Positions 1 through 12,349 are shown, counted from the stretch's first letter. The stretch: 64,000 nt of DNA from Podarcis gaigeae (GCA_964106915.2 OZ066922.1); one strand, 5' to 3'. Notes: a model not told the origin generated them from the sequence alone. Program-made: numbers and translations.

Positions 1-52
1 GGAAGTTGCAGTCTTCCAACATCTGGAGGATCACAGATTCCCCACCACTCCA
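1..52. mobile_element. Right arm of degenerate palindromic hAT-type MITE, cut by window edge
   Basis: ggaagttgcagtc..aacatctggagg..acagattcccca resembles the right arm of the intact copies at 28194 and 61793. Confidence 0.55.
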
Positions 53-476
53 TTACAGGAAGCCAAATTTTGGAATATCTTAAAGTGGGAAGATATTTCA
101 ATTTTAGCCAAATGATTGGGGCACAAATATTACATTTTCTTTATTGTATTAATGAGTTCCCTATTTTTTCATGAATTTAAAGGAAATAAAATACGCAGAC
201 TCCCTAATTTTTGTTATGTTTTGTTTAAAAATGTTCCCCTTTGAAAACAGAGACTAAGCTTACTGTCTTGTATTCTTGAAAGGATGCAGCCAATGCAAAA
301 TTCGACAAGGAAGCAGGAGGCTGCCATTAGAGGAGAGATTTATGTGGCTGAGGGAATACAGATCTGAGCTGATTTGAATAGAAAATCAGCCAAGGAGGCA
401 AGATGTGCTACGATTATATCTCTTTAATAGCACAGTAATAGAAAACTGAGCCAAAAGCAGTCAGATTCATCTACAA

Positions 477-1046
477 CAGCCATGTCCAAGGCATCAACTG
501 CGATCGATCAGGCAATCCTGGTATGAATTCTGGTCGATTGCCATGTCCCCCTCTGCTGGAGACATGGCTGAGCAGCCACCATCTTGTCCTGAGCTCCTCT
601 CGCGGGAGGAGCTGTTTTGACACTTTGCGCACCCACGCCTGCCCCGTTGGCATGAGCTCGCTCACCCTGCACCCCCCAGCCATGGCTGGGGAAGTGGGCG
701 GTGCCAGAGGAGGTGAGCGGCAAGCGCCCGCCCACCTTACACCCAACCTTGTCGCCCACCCTGCACCCATCCCAGCTCCTTCGGGGGAAGCAGATAGGGC
801 CTGCCCCCTTAGGGAAAGCAGCCAGCACACACCCATCCACCCTGCACCCATTCCTGCTGCCCACCCTGCCCTCATCCCTGCCACCCTTCCTGCCCCCATC
901 CCTGCCGCCCATCCTGCATCTATCCCAGTCCCCTTGGGAGAAGCAGCCGGCAGCGTGTGCCCACCCACCCATCCCTGGATGGTAGATCACTGCCAGTTTT
1001 TATACTGGATCGTAGATCACAGGCTACTTCGAGTTGGACATGCCTG
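477..1046. mobile_element. Non-autonomous hAT (Charlie-like) DNA transposon
   Basis: TIR cagccatgtccaa / ttggacatgcctg (12/13); perfect 8-bp TSD atctacaa at 469-476 and 1047-1054; GC-rich interior with degenerate 12-nt C-rich minisatellite at ~836-930. Confidence 0.88.
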
Positions 1047-2766
1047 ATCTACAACACTGTAAAAGTATAAAGCAGGAAGGATAACATTGCTTACATGTTT
1101 GCTTCCTGATGCCTATTGGCAAACGATAAAGTTTTCCTTGCAGAATTGCAGTAGTAAATACTCAAAACAAAATGGAAGCAAATATTAGGCAAGACTAAAA
1201 CTGTTGCATGGGAAAACATGATCCTCACCTGCAACACACTGTATGGAAGAAAGGAAGGCTGATTGGCCATGTGAAAAAGGAATGCATCCTTGTTATATGG
1301 CTTATACTGTGCCACAACGAACAGTAGGGGGGGGGGAGTTATCTTAACCTTCCTGCAAGATGCTCAGAACAGCAGTTTAGCTTAGCATGCCCTCTGGAAG
1401 TGCACGAGGCTAAGAACTAGGGCTGAATCACACCTTAGCTGCTGTTTTCCTTCATGGCATTTGTCAACAGTACATTATAAGAAAGGACTGGATGTGAACC
1501 AGGCTCTACAAAATGAGCTACTATGATTATGGAAAAAGAAAAGAAATACTGCCAGGAACCTGCATCACTATATAAGGGAGCAAGAGTCATATATGAACTT
1601 TTCCATTGGTAGGTTGTCTCCAGAAGCAACTGAGATATATCAATGGAAGGAAGCTTTGGGTTAGTGATAGCATTGAAATGAGTAGTTACGTAGCTCATAA
1701 GGGGAACTCGACTCATTGTTAATGCCTAGCTGCCTAACTTGTTTCCTCACCTGTCCCATTCTTCAACATCTTGGATGGAACACAGGATGAGGCCTTCCTC
1801 TGTCTCTGTCACTTGGAAGCTGCCTTTGAGAAACCACATTTTCCAGGGTCCCTGGTGATGCGGATGATGACACAGTGATGTTTTAGGAAACAAGGAATTG
1901 CTGCCTCCGGTTTAAGTGGGGCGTGAAAAGGGCTATGGGGGAAATGGGGGAGGCAACAGACAGCTCTACATTTGGTTTGCTTCTAATTCTGAATGTGATC
2001 TATAGCTTTGGGGCTGACTAGAGATTTGAACTTGAGATTTCAATATACAAACCAAATATTTTAGCTACTGGACTGTATTCACTCATCCTAAGAGATATTT
2101 CTAGTTAAATCCATTTCCTAAAACATACATGTGCTTCTCTGCCTTTCTAGCACTGGATTAACTCAGCTCCACTAAGTGGTTAATCCTTTCTAGCACTGGA
2201 TTAACCACTCTGCTATAAACTGTCTCTGGATGAAGGGGCAGGGGGGAGACTTGCTATAGTGCCTTTGGATCAAATGTAGAGCTCTTTTGCTATCCAGAAT
2301 TGGATTCACCGCCACTACACTTAGCCTCTCATCAATAACACTTACCTGGTCGCCTATTAAAAATCATTTTACAATAATCAACAAGTTTTACAATGGTATG
2401 GCTACATATTCAATTAGCTCCTGCAATCAATGGTTCCTCATTAATTCTCCTTTGATTGTGCTTCCTTTAACCAATAGTCCCATTACTGTAATTACTTACA
2501 GAAATCATTTTCATCAAGTAAAGAGCAGACAAGAACTGTAAAACATTAGCACACTGCTAATTAAGACTGATATTAACATCCAGTTTCATTAGCCACATAG
2601 AACACCAAAGAGGGATTAGTGTCCAGTGCTTTGTACTTTCAGATCTATTCTACTCCTCTTATTTAAAAAAGTAGTAGCGAGCTACATGATGCCATTTCAA
2701 GGCATGGGGGTAACCTGCAGCTCTAGGGCCTAAGAATAATGGCAGCAGTCTAGTTGGGCAGTCTAA

Positions 2767-3851
2767 TAGGCCTGGGCAATATATTGATATATCGCCTAGG
2801 ACCAGTATGTGGGGGCAGACCGCAACGACAGTTTCAGTCAGTGGTATATTCCTGGGGAAACCATCACCGTTTTTGAGGCCCTCTGCCTCCAGCGCCCAGC
2901 ACGCTGAGGGAGAACCAAATTAGCTGGGCACTGGAGGCAGAGGGACTCAAGTGGCGGTTTCACCAGCGATATACTGCTGGTGAAACCGCCGTCACACTCT
3001 GCCCCAGCAGAGAGAGTATAAAGCTGAATCTGTGTGCTCTCTGTCCCCAGCTGGGAGAGCCTGCCCCTGCTCCTGCTTAAACATGAGTAGGAGCAGGATT
3101 GGGGCTTTTCAGCTGCGAAGTGGGAAGCCTGCCCTTCCCAGCTGGGAGAGCCCCAGCTCTGACCCTGGTTGGTTACCTTCTCTGGGAGGGTGTGATTTGC
3201 CTTTCCTCCCAGAAAGATGGAGCCCACCCTCCCGGTGGAAGGCAGCCAGGTGGTACAGGGGCTCTTTGATGCTGCTGGCAGGCCCAGCGCTCAACAACAG
3301 CTTCCAGCAGCCACTCTCCGCAAGGTGAAGATAGGGTGGCTTTGCCTTGCGGATTTTGTCTGGGAGGGTGGGCTGCATCATTCCTCCTGGGGTGAACGAC
3401 ACCCCTCCCACCGGAGGAAAGAGACAGTGCACCCGCATGGCAGTCAAACGAACAGAGCCTGACAGGTTCCATGCACTTGGCTACTGCCACTTGGTCTATT
3501 CTCAGGGAGTGGGGGGCAAGTAGGCAAGGTAGCTCACCCGCTCCCCATGCCAGCAAAGGCAGAGGGAGCTTGACCAAGGAGCCTCAAGGTCCTTGTGGCT
3601 CCAGCGTGAGCAGCAGGGGACTTGGGGCTGGCTTCACTGAGGACGGAGCCTGGCCAAGGGGCACCGGGGCTCACTTAGCTGGGGGCAAGATCCTTTCCGT
3701 CTTTCCAGCTGTATTTGCCACAGCCTGCGAGGCTCAGTGTTGAAAGCGCCTCAGCTCCCATGATTTTTTCAACATCGCCGTATATCGCCAAACTGCAATG
3801 TTTGTCTGGCAATACACTGCAATGTTGAAAAACCAACATCGCCTAGTCCTA
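2767..3851. mobile_element. Non-autonomous hAT-type element, 1085 bp
   Basis: Termini taggcctgggcaatat / acatcgcctagtccta (12/16 inverted match); 8-bp TSD cagtctaa (2759-2766) / cagtctag (3852-3859); subterminal atatcgcc-like repeats; GC-rich compared with flanks. Confidence 0.75.
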
Positions 3852-5854
3852 CAGTCTAGTAGCGCAAGCATGCACCCAGTCCTGAAATATAATCCCCACC
3901 CAAGTAATATTTTTTCAGCATTTCATGTGTTATATTTTAAGTCCTGCTTATTTAAGTTAGCTGTCAGCAGCCGTTTTCCTCTTTGGTAAACTCACATTGG
4001 CAAACTCACAAAGATCTATTCATCCTTCTCGGTCATTCCCTTCATAATTATTTACATTAAAAATAGCTGCACAGTTGTGATTACATACGTATGTATTTTG
4101 TGCACTAATTGCATTGGCTGTTGGCTGCAAATAAATATCTATCTAGCCATCTGTGCACATTAAAAATAGTTACAAGGCTTGTCAAATATAGATTAATACA
4201 TTAATATATTCACAAAACCTTCAGAGACTCATTATGCAAAATCATAGGTGCGTTATAAAACCACATACATCTTAAATATTGCATGCCAATATTGAAGTAG
4301 AACCCTAGGCCAAATGTATACATGGTGACTATTGTAGGATTGCGTTGTTCTTTTTAATTTGGTCCAGTTATTATTGTTTAAATACCTGCTGAAGACATGC
4401 AGCCAGCTGTGTGGCTCACTTGACCCTTGCCCATGTATCAGATGTAGGGTTTGTAAGAGCCCTTTATTTTTCCATGATGATGAGATAAACAACATTTTGT
4501 AATTAAGTTTCCCTGGCTACATTGTAGCTGAAGGTCTAATCATTGTAATATGAACTAAATTACCTTAATTTATCCTGGCACAAGACAAAAACTTCCCTCT
4601 ATAACTAGGCCTTTTAGAAGTTGGTGGGATGTTTGTAATGTATTTTTTTTTCCTCTTGGTTTTAATGCATCTATGTGGGGTTCTTTGTCTGTCTGTTTGT
4701 TTGGTTGCTTGGTTGCAAGTTGCTTTGGGTTGCCAAGGAATGAAGTTTCAGCAATGGCTTTTGAAGATAACAAGTAAACAAGTAGAGGAGATATGATATA
4801 GATCCAAAGTCATGGCACCACAAGTTAGTCAATGCAAAGCATGTCAATAGATATACTGACACAACTGCTAGGTTTAAAACAAAAACAAACAAACAAAAAC
4901 CCAATAGGGGATGAAAGAGACTAACTCAGATTAGTTGAATAATGGGAAAAATCTGAAAATTAACCCCTAAATTGCCACGCATGGTGTCAATGTAACCTGT
5001 CTGATCCTGTATCCACAATTAAGAGATCAGAATTTGTGGCACAAGGCTGCAGAATACCTCAGAACAAATTCTCAATAGCTTCTCCCTGTTGGCCTTAACT
5101 ATGGATAAGGCACATGTTCTTAACCAGATTCACTGTTACCTAGAATCAGAAGTAGATTACCATGGTTAAAGTAGGTGTTGTCTTAGGCCAAAGTGGAGAA
5201 TTATACCAGATTTAGTAAGGGGTGTTGGGAGGCAGCTTGTGGCTCCTTTCCAATCCTTTAACACCAAGGCAGCAAAGAGGAATGCATCAGCACCAGCCTG
5301 CCAAAGCTGAGCACCACATTAAAATCTCACAACTGCTATAGAATATTTAAACACAATATAGACAGTGTTTGAGCATGCAAAAGCACTTTAGAAATGTATG
5401 CACATATTTGTTTCTTAAACTTAAAGAGGTTGACTCTCAGCAAAAGCTACTGAGATGGAAAATAATAAAATCAGCACAAATAAATACAAATCACAAGGGG
5501 GAGGGGAATTTAAAAAAAAACTTTAAACACACACACACACACTGACAAACAGATTAATAACATTCAGAAAAGTAAAAATGAACAACAGTAATCTATCCAA
5601 GCAAGTAAAAAAAAAGCTTTCTGGAACAAAAATCATTTTTACATGTGTTAAAAGGGAGAGGACACAGGCCAGGCAAACTGTCTCCATATTACCCAATTGC
5701 CTGATCGGTCTGCTGTCCAGGTGCTAACTGTTGGTTGACAACTCCAAGCACCCTGAACTACCTTCTTGTGATTTTTTAATATTTAATCTGGATTTGAAAC
5801 AGACAGCCCATCAGATAGAGGCCTCCTTCAAAATAAAAGGCTGCAAGCACACAA

Positions 5855-6055
5855 TACATTCAAAGCAGAGATAAATCACATAACTTGGCGTCCGCCCCCC
5901 AAATCCTGGGAACTGTAGTTTTAACAAACTACTATAGCTCTGTGGGGGTAAATTATGGAATTATATGATGGGAATTATAGCTCTCTCTGGAAACTATAGT
6001 TTCCAGAATTCTTTGGGGGAAGCCATGTGCTTCAAAGTTGATTCAAGTGTGTTTA
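5855..6055. repeat. Old palindromic MITE-like repeat
   Basis: Degenerate inverted arms tcctgggaactgtagt ... actatagtttccagaa; related remnant near 26110-26200. Confidence 0.45.
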
Positions 6056-6547
6056 AAAATATGCCACTCACGTTATCACATCTCCTTTTTTATCTTAATT
6101 TTTAAAATTGTCCCCTAAAAAGCAAGTGTCATAATCTCAGCCCCTCTTCAATGAGTAGGATGACCATGGATTCTTTTTTATATTTGCCAAATGGGGCAAG
6201 TTTATCCTTATTCTCAGTATCAAGTTGTTCAGTGTATATAGGATAAAGACAAATGTCTCCTTGTCATATTCATTTAAAACTAAAGAGGAAATTTTACTGC
6301 TGCCATATTTCCTTAACACACAATTGAGATTCATAGTTTGCAGTTGTTGGCACAGCGGGACTCCTTCACTCCTAATAGCGCTTAGCAGGCAGTGCATATT
6401 AGGAAGGCTTCACACACTACAGGAGACAACAGCATTTTTAATGTGATGTGCACAAAGAGCTCTGTAGGCGCATACATGGCTTGCCCCAGTTGATTCATTA
6501 ACAGAGTGTATTCTGTAAATGGGCAGCATTCCCTGCAACTGAACACA

Positions 6548-6712
6548 GCAGCCGGTATGGTGTACTGGTTAGAGTGTTGGATTAGTACTTGGGACACCAG
6601 GGTTTAATCCCCAAGTCAGCCATGAAGCTCACGGGGTGACATGCCAGTGTCTCTCAGTCTACTCTACTTCATGGAGCTTTTGTGCAGCTAAAAGAGTGGG
6701 GAGAAGCAGGTA
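6548..6712 (+). mobile_element. tRNA-derived MIR/Ther1-related SINE (Squam3-like), degenerate
   Basis: A-box-like tggtgtactggttag, B-box-like ggtttaatccc, then gccatgaagctcac.gggtgac..gccagt..ctctcag core. Confidence 0.7.
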
Positions 6713-8096
6713 CAGGAGAAAAACAACGAACACAACTGAGAAGTAAGGAGATAGGCAAAGGAAGGTGGGTCTAGCTAAGTTCAAGAAGGCATCCATGGGT
6801 TTGGAGCAGACTCAAAGAAAGATGAAGTGGGTGCAATAACCAAAGGGCTATATGAAGCAGAGCATATTCTGGGTCGAAGACTGAACTAAGTGGGGGCTGT
6901 AACAGGCCTAATTGTAGAAGTCTTCTTGATTGTGTAGCCCCAAATGGTGAAAATGTTCTCGAAGGCTTGCAAATGCCATCTTGATAGTCAGTATAACCCT
7001 GGGACTAATTCTTAGTTGCTGCAAGAATAAGATCATGTATGTTTATTCACTTGCTTTGATGTATGCTAATTGGCTTCTTTGATGCTATGTTTATCTGTGG
7101 TGGGCTTGGGACCTTTGGCTATTAGCCTTCAGAAAGGAGCTATCCATGAATTTTGAGTGCCAGTCACCTATGCCTTCAGCAGCAAAGTGCACTGATGGGA
7201 GGTTCTGGCCAAATGGATGCATGCTGCTTTTTGTATAAGTAATGCTTAACCTGTCAGCACCTCTCAGACAAGTCATGACAACTGCTTGCTGCTTCAGTGT
7301 TTGCCTGGAGCCGGTAATGGCAGCAAGGCTTGTCAGGCTGTGTTGTATTCTACACTTCCTTCTAATAAAGCTCTAGAATGGGCTATTCTGGAATTTTTGA
7401 CATCCTTTTTTGGTAGCCCTGCATTAAACCACTCTCACAACTCATACCTTGGGGCTGTGGATCAGGACACTGATGAATGTTAACCATAAATGGTCATCTC
7501 ATTAAGGACAGGACTGGAAGAAGGGGCAATAAATGTTAATTAACTATAGTATGTGGTTACATGAATACCAGTTTCCTGCCACATAGTTGCCAAATAGTAA
7601 TTATTCTAGTGTTGATTAAAACACAGATTTTCAAGTATGTCTACATTAAAAATTCACAATATCATTAATACAGGAGCTTTAGTTTTGAAATGTATTTTTT
7701 ACTCTTCTTGGGCTACTATTCTGGATAAAAACTAAGGGCATACTTTCATTAGATGCATTAACATGCACAGGCTGCAGCAAATTTAGACAATAAAAGTTCC
7801 CAATTCTCCACTTTCACTTGCATAGGGCATTCCTCAAGAAAGCATGCCTGTCAATATCTTTATTAATAGCTGTCTTTCTTCTAGATATTGGAGTTGTGCC
7901 ATTAACTGAATTCAAATACTTTCAAATGCATCTTTTAAACATAGTTGCACTGAACAACATGTAGATTCGGATGTAGAAGTAGGTTTGTGTTTGGATACCA
8001 TGGTTGGTAGCTGGATATTTGGAAGTTCAAGCCATGGTCTGGGTTCCAAACTATGGTTAGTGCTAACCATAGTTTGGTGTTGTTTCTATATACATC

Positions 8097-8921
8097 TGTC
8101 AGGGGCTCAGGAGCAGAGGCACAGGGGAGAGAGGAAACGGAGAGCGAAGGGGAAGAATCTGAGGACAGCGTAGGGGAGTATGACAGTGGCCCGAGAGATT
8201 CCATGAGCTTCTCCAGCAATTCAGAAGATTCCCAGAGGGGGGCGCCGATGGCCAGGGCAAGGGGGGTCCCAGGGGGGACGCACCAGAAGCAAGGGGCCAG
8301 CGGGGACTCCCAAAGCAGTAGCGGGAGATCAGGACCAGTTCCCCCTCCAGAGCGTAGTGGGGGGGAAGAGTCCCATGTATCAGGGCCAGCCTCTCCTCCA
8401 GTAGGGAGAGAAGATGAGTCAGAGCTGACCACGCCTCTATCGGAGAGTGAGGGAACGGAGGGGAAGTCAGGTCCAGCTAGCCCCCCCTGAAGGGGGAAGC
8501 AGTGACAGGAGCAGTGTAACGGTCAGGAGAAAGGTTGCCGGCTGGGCGCGTGCGCCAAGTTCAAATGTGCAGGCGCGCGGGACAGCAGAAAACCCGGATT
8601 GGGAACCAGGTCCTAAAGCCCGCCGGAGGCAGGGGGAAGACTCAGGGGACTCAGCGTCAGAAGAGTCTAGAAAGGGCAAGACCCCAGTGGACAGGCGGAC
8701 CCAGAGGAGGAAAGAGCAAAGGAAGAAGTGGAGCAAGGCTAGAGTCTTAAACTGGTGTCTGGGAGGAGGAGATTCAGACGGAGCTTCAGCGGTCTAGAGT
8801 TCAAGACGTAGAGCTGCGCGCCGCGGCTTTGAAATCGAAACTGAACTTCAATAAAGACTTTTGTATATAGCAAGAACTGGCGTTGGTCCTTTGTGAGCTG
8901 GGACCTCGGACAGCTCTGACA
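8097..8921 (+). mobile_element. Solo LTR (Ty3/gypsy-like, 5-bp TSD), young and CpG-rich
   Basis: TGTCAG...CTGACA inverted termini; perfect TSD acatc at 8092-8096 and 8922-8926; AATAAA at 8850-8855; many intact CpGs. Confidence 0.85.
8098..8797 (+). pseudogene. LTR-internal reading frame, ~232 aa after removing one C; acidic/Ser-Pro-rich N part and Arg/Lys-rich C part
   Basis: Track ORFs 8053-8490 and 8447-8797 join at the C7 run 8481-8487; frame is open from LTR base 2; SGPASPP repeated with synonymous codon changes. Confidence 0.55.
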
Positions 8922-9100
8922 ACATCCATTTCCTTTTGTCTTTCTTTCTCTTTGCTGCAGTTGTGATTTCTGTACTAATAAGGATTTAGCTATGATTATC
9001 TCAGCTATACAAGGTGCCCTGTTGAAAACCAAAGCAACCAGCTACCAGAACATACATTTTAAAAACTGTAATTTCTTCAAATTACTTCTGGGAAAACTAC

Positions 9101-9540
9101 TGGTTTTCCCAGTAGTGATGTATGGAAGTGAGAGCTGGACCATAAAGAAGGCTGATCGCCGAAGAATTGATGCTTTTGAATTATGGTGCTGGAGGAGACT
9201 CTTGAGAGTCCCATGGACTGCAAGAAGATCAAACGTATCCATTCTTAAGGAAATCAGCCCTGAGTGCTCACTGGAAGGACAGATCGTGAAGCTGAGGCTC
9301 CAATACTTTGGCCACCTCATGAAAAGAGAAGACTCCCTGGAAAAGACCCTGATGTTGGGAAAGATTGAGGGCACAAGAAGAAGGGGATGACAGAGAATGA
9401 GATGGTTGGACAGTGTTCTTGAAGCTACAAACATGAGTCTAACCAAACTGCGGGGAGGCAGTGGAAGACAGGAGTGCCTGGCATGCTCTGGTCCATGGGG
9501 TCACGAAGAGTCAGACACGACTAAACGACTAAACAACAAC
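9101..9540 (+). mobile_element. RTE-BovB LINE, 5'-truncated 3' end
   Basis: Translates as VFPVVMYGSESWTIKKADRRRIDAFELWCWRRLLRVPWTARRSN...LRLQYFGHLM..EDSLEKTLMLGKIEG; (caa)n-type tail; 14-bp TSD aatttcttcaaatt at 9070-9083 and 9541-9554. Confidence 0.95.
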
Positions 9541-9723
9541 AATTTCTTCAAATTCCTGTACTGTCTCAATACCTCTGAATATTCTTTCAAGTCTCTGGCA
9601 AAGAGTAAAGTTAAAATTGCAGCAGGCATGATCCCCCTCTTTCTAGTACCACAACACAAAGAAAGGCAGGGAGAAACTAATGGGCTCTTTTTTAAAAATG
9701 ATACACTATGAGTTGGCAACAAA

Positions 9724-9809
9724 GTCTTACTCAGAGTAGACCCACTGTAATTAATGAACCTACGTTAGTCACGCCCATTAACTTCAATGAGTCTACTCTG
9801 AGTAGGACT
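9724..9809. repeat. Small palindromic MITE-like repeat
   Basis: gtcttactcagagtagaccca ... tgagtctactctgagtaggac inverted arms; related remnants near 21720-21770 and 52170-52220. Confidence 0.55.
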
Positions 9810-11373
9810 AGAATGGAATACCAACCCATATGTTTAGCATGGCTGGGGAAAAAAAGCAAAAGGGGGAAATTACTTGTTTCTGTCATGCTGAAAAATGGAT
9901 CCTTTCACCAGAAACCTCTGTCTTAGCTCCAGGCATCCTTGAAGCTACTGAACTACGCAGCTGAGAGGGGACTGATCAAGTTGGCAGTTGATCTCCAACA
10001 TGAAGCTTCTGCTTTATTGAAGAGGCCTGGGGCAGACTCACAAGAAGCACAGGAAGAACTTAGGAAAGAAATATGCAGTAGGCTATCAAAGTGAATTTGC
10101 CAGTTACTATGTTAGAATACAATGTAGGTGGACATTTCAATGAAGTCAGATGCTCCGTATCAAACTGCTCCAAACAGTCAGTGAAACTGTTTGAAAGTTA
10201 AGTTAAAGACTGCACTTCTTCACACAATTCATAATGAATTTCAATTAATTTTTATTATATATATTTTACAGGAAATAATTCTATATATTCTACACATTTT
10301 CAATGCAAACCAATCTGTAAACTTCTGTGGAAGGTCAGTATAGAAATGTCTCTAAAATAATAAATCAATAAGCAAATAACCATGAAATGCAGCTTAGATG
10401 GCTTTTTAAAGGAATTGACCAATAAATGCAGGGAATTTCTATTAATAGCAATATTTACCAATTGAATACATTTGACTGCTAGGGCAAGCATCAGTCGAGG
10501 TTGTCACCACCTGTTTGCATGAACTTTACATAGGCTTCTGACAAGCTACCACTGGAAAGCCATTAGACTGATCTGTAGTGTGTCGGATCCAGCCTGACTT
10601 GCACTCTCTCCATGCATTTAAATATAGCATATGGCTACCATATCAAGGGTTGTGTGCAGAGTTTAGACGTCATTGAAGGATACCCAAGTATATTCTCACC
10701 CTGGCCAACAAACTCTCCCATCAACATAAGGCAGTTTTAGAGACATACAACTGGAAAAAGGGGTAGTTTGCCTCAATGTATACAGCAGTTGTCAAGGCAT
10801 TTTTAAATGAAAGACCCTTCTTAACAATTGCATTCACGGAATAGCACACGTGCTATTCCATGAATGCAATAGCTTGTAATATAGCATTTTATTTCTGGTA
10901 TTAGTACGGTGATTGGTGAGAACATCATCTGAAAACAACAACAGAAAGGGTCTTAAGCAGTTGAACATGGACACAGACAAGGGTTTTAATTACACAACAA
11001 GCTTTTTAATCTAATTAAAAATCTATACCATCTATTTCCATGAGCTGAATACTAATTGATTTCACCCTTTAATTGAAATCAGTTGAATAACAAGACCCTG
11101 GTGGATATAGGAGAGCAAAGTCTGAAATAAAAATCAAGCAGCAGTGATATAGATCTTCAACCAGATTTTTCTATTCCATGTGAGTCTCTTCTGTGCAGAG
11201 GCTGTACAGGAGGCTGGAGGGAAAAGGAGATGAAGACAAAGTTCTGTTGCACACATGGAAGTCCATTGTGCCAGCAGAGTTGCAGCATTGGATATGGCCC
11301 TGTGATCCCCACTAGAATGGATACTTTTCAACTAATAACAGATTGCACTAAAATCTCAGGTAAGGGTTCCAAA

Positions 11374-11709
11374 CAGGGACAGATCTACTATAAAACTAAT
11401 GAAGCTTAAGCTTCAGGTCCCCTAATCTCGGAGGAGCCCTGAAGCAACTTAAATTCATATTGCCTTAAAATGTTGGGTCTAGTAGACCCAATTTGAGTAG
11501 TATAACTCAAATATATATATGTTATAAATATTTCAACAATCCCAAAACTTGACAGTCAGTAGCACAGATGTTGTAAAGGTTTGGTGATCTGTTGTGGAAC
11601 AACCCCTTTGAAGAAGATAACCATGGTTACCCAGACCTCCTTGCTGGTTGCGAAGGGGTCCGCATGACAGTTCAAGCTTCATGGCCCCATAAATGTAGGC
11701 TCACCACTG
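11374..11709. mobile_element. hAT (Tip100-like) MITE, degenerate
   Basis: cagggacagatct ... aggctcaccactg termini; TSD gttccaaa / gtgccaaa (7/8); subterminal aagcttca motifs. Confidence 0.6.
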
Positions 11710-12349
11710 GTGCCAAAGGTTTTAGGTCAGAGCTGGTAAATCTATGGCTCTCCACAGAGCCATTCATTCATTCAGTTTAGTGCACAGTTGCTTTGTACAA
11801 GAGATGAGTCAATTAAGCATTAATAGCTAATCTTTCACTTTTTGAAAGTCAGAATTCTAAATTGGAATATAATGTTGCCCAATAAAGTTGTGTAATTAGT
11901 TAATATTGTCTATATTCCTTGAAGATTTACTTCAACACTTTAAAACTGAAGTTGAATCCCATCAGTCACTCGCATAGAAAAACATGTCACTGCACTGAAT
12001 GAAATATCTTCTTTCCTGTTAATGGACTTTTATAATTCCGTAATTGCAGTTATTACATGATGATAAATTTGAGGGTGCACTTTGCATGGAGGTTATACTC
12101 TGACCCACATTAAGCAGTGTGTTCTTTTCCATACCTTTAATCTTGAAAAATCTATATAACTACTTACATAATGGCCTCTTGAACTCAGGATGACACAATG
12201 CACTGAACCATTATTCTTGCATTCCAATTATTAGTCATAAAAGCATTTTGTATACTTCCAAGGACTTCATAAAATTATCATTTACATTTACTAGCCTCAG
12301 CTGAATATATTTAATATGGTTAGAATTATGCCACCCTTGCACTAAAGTA

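Noticed and set aside
471-1047. Overlapping 160-174 aa ORFs on both strands
   Set aside because: They lie in a GC-rich MITE with a 12-nt minisatellite; low-complexity peptides with no transposase similarity.
2838-3743. Cluster of 80-134 aa ORFs
   Set aside because: GC-rich interior of a hAT-type element; ORFs in many frames with no recognisable domain.
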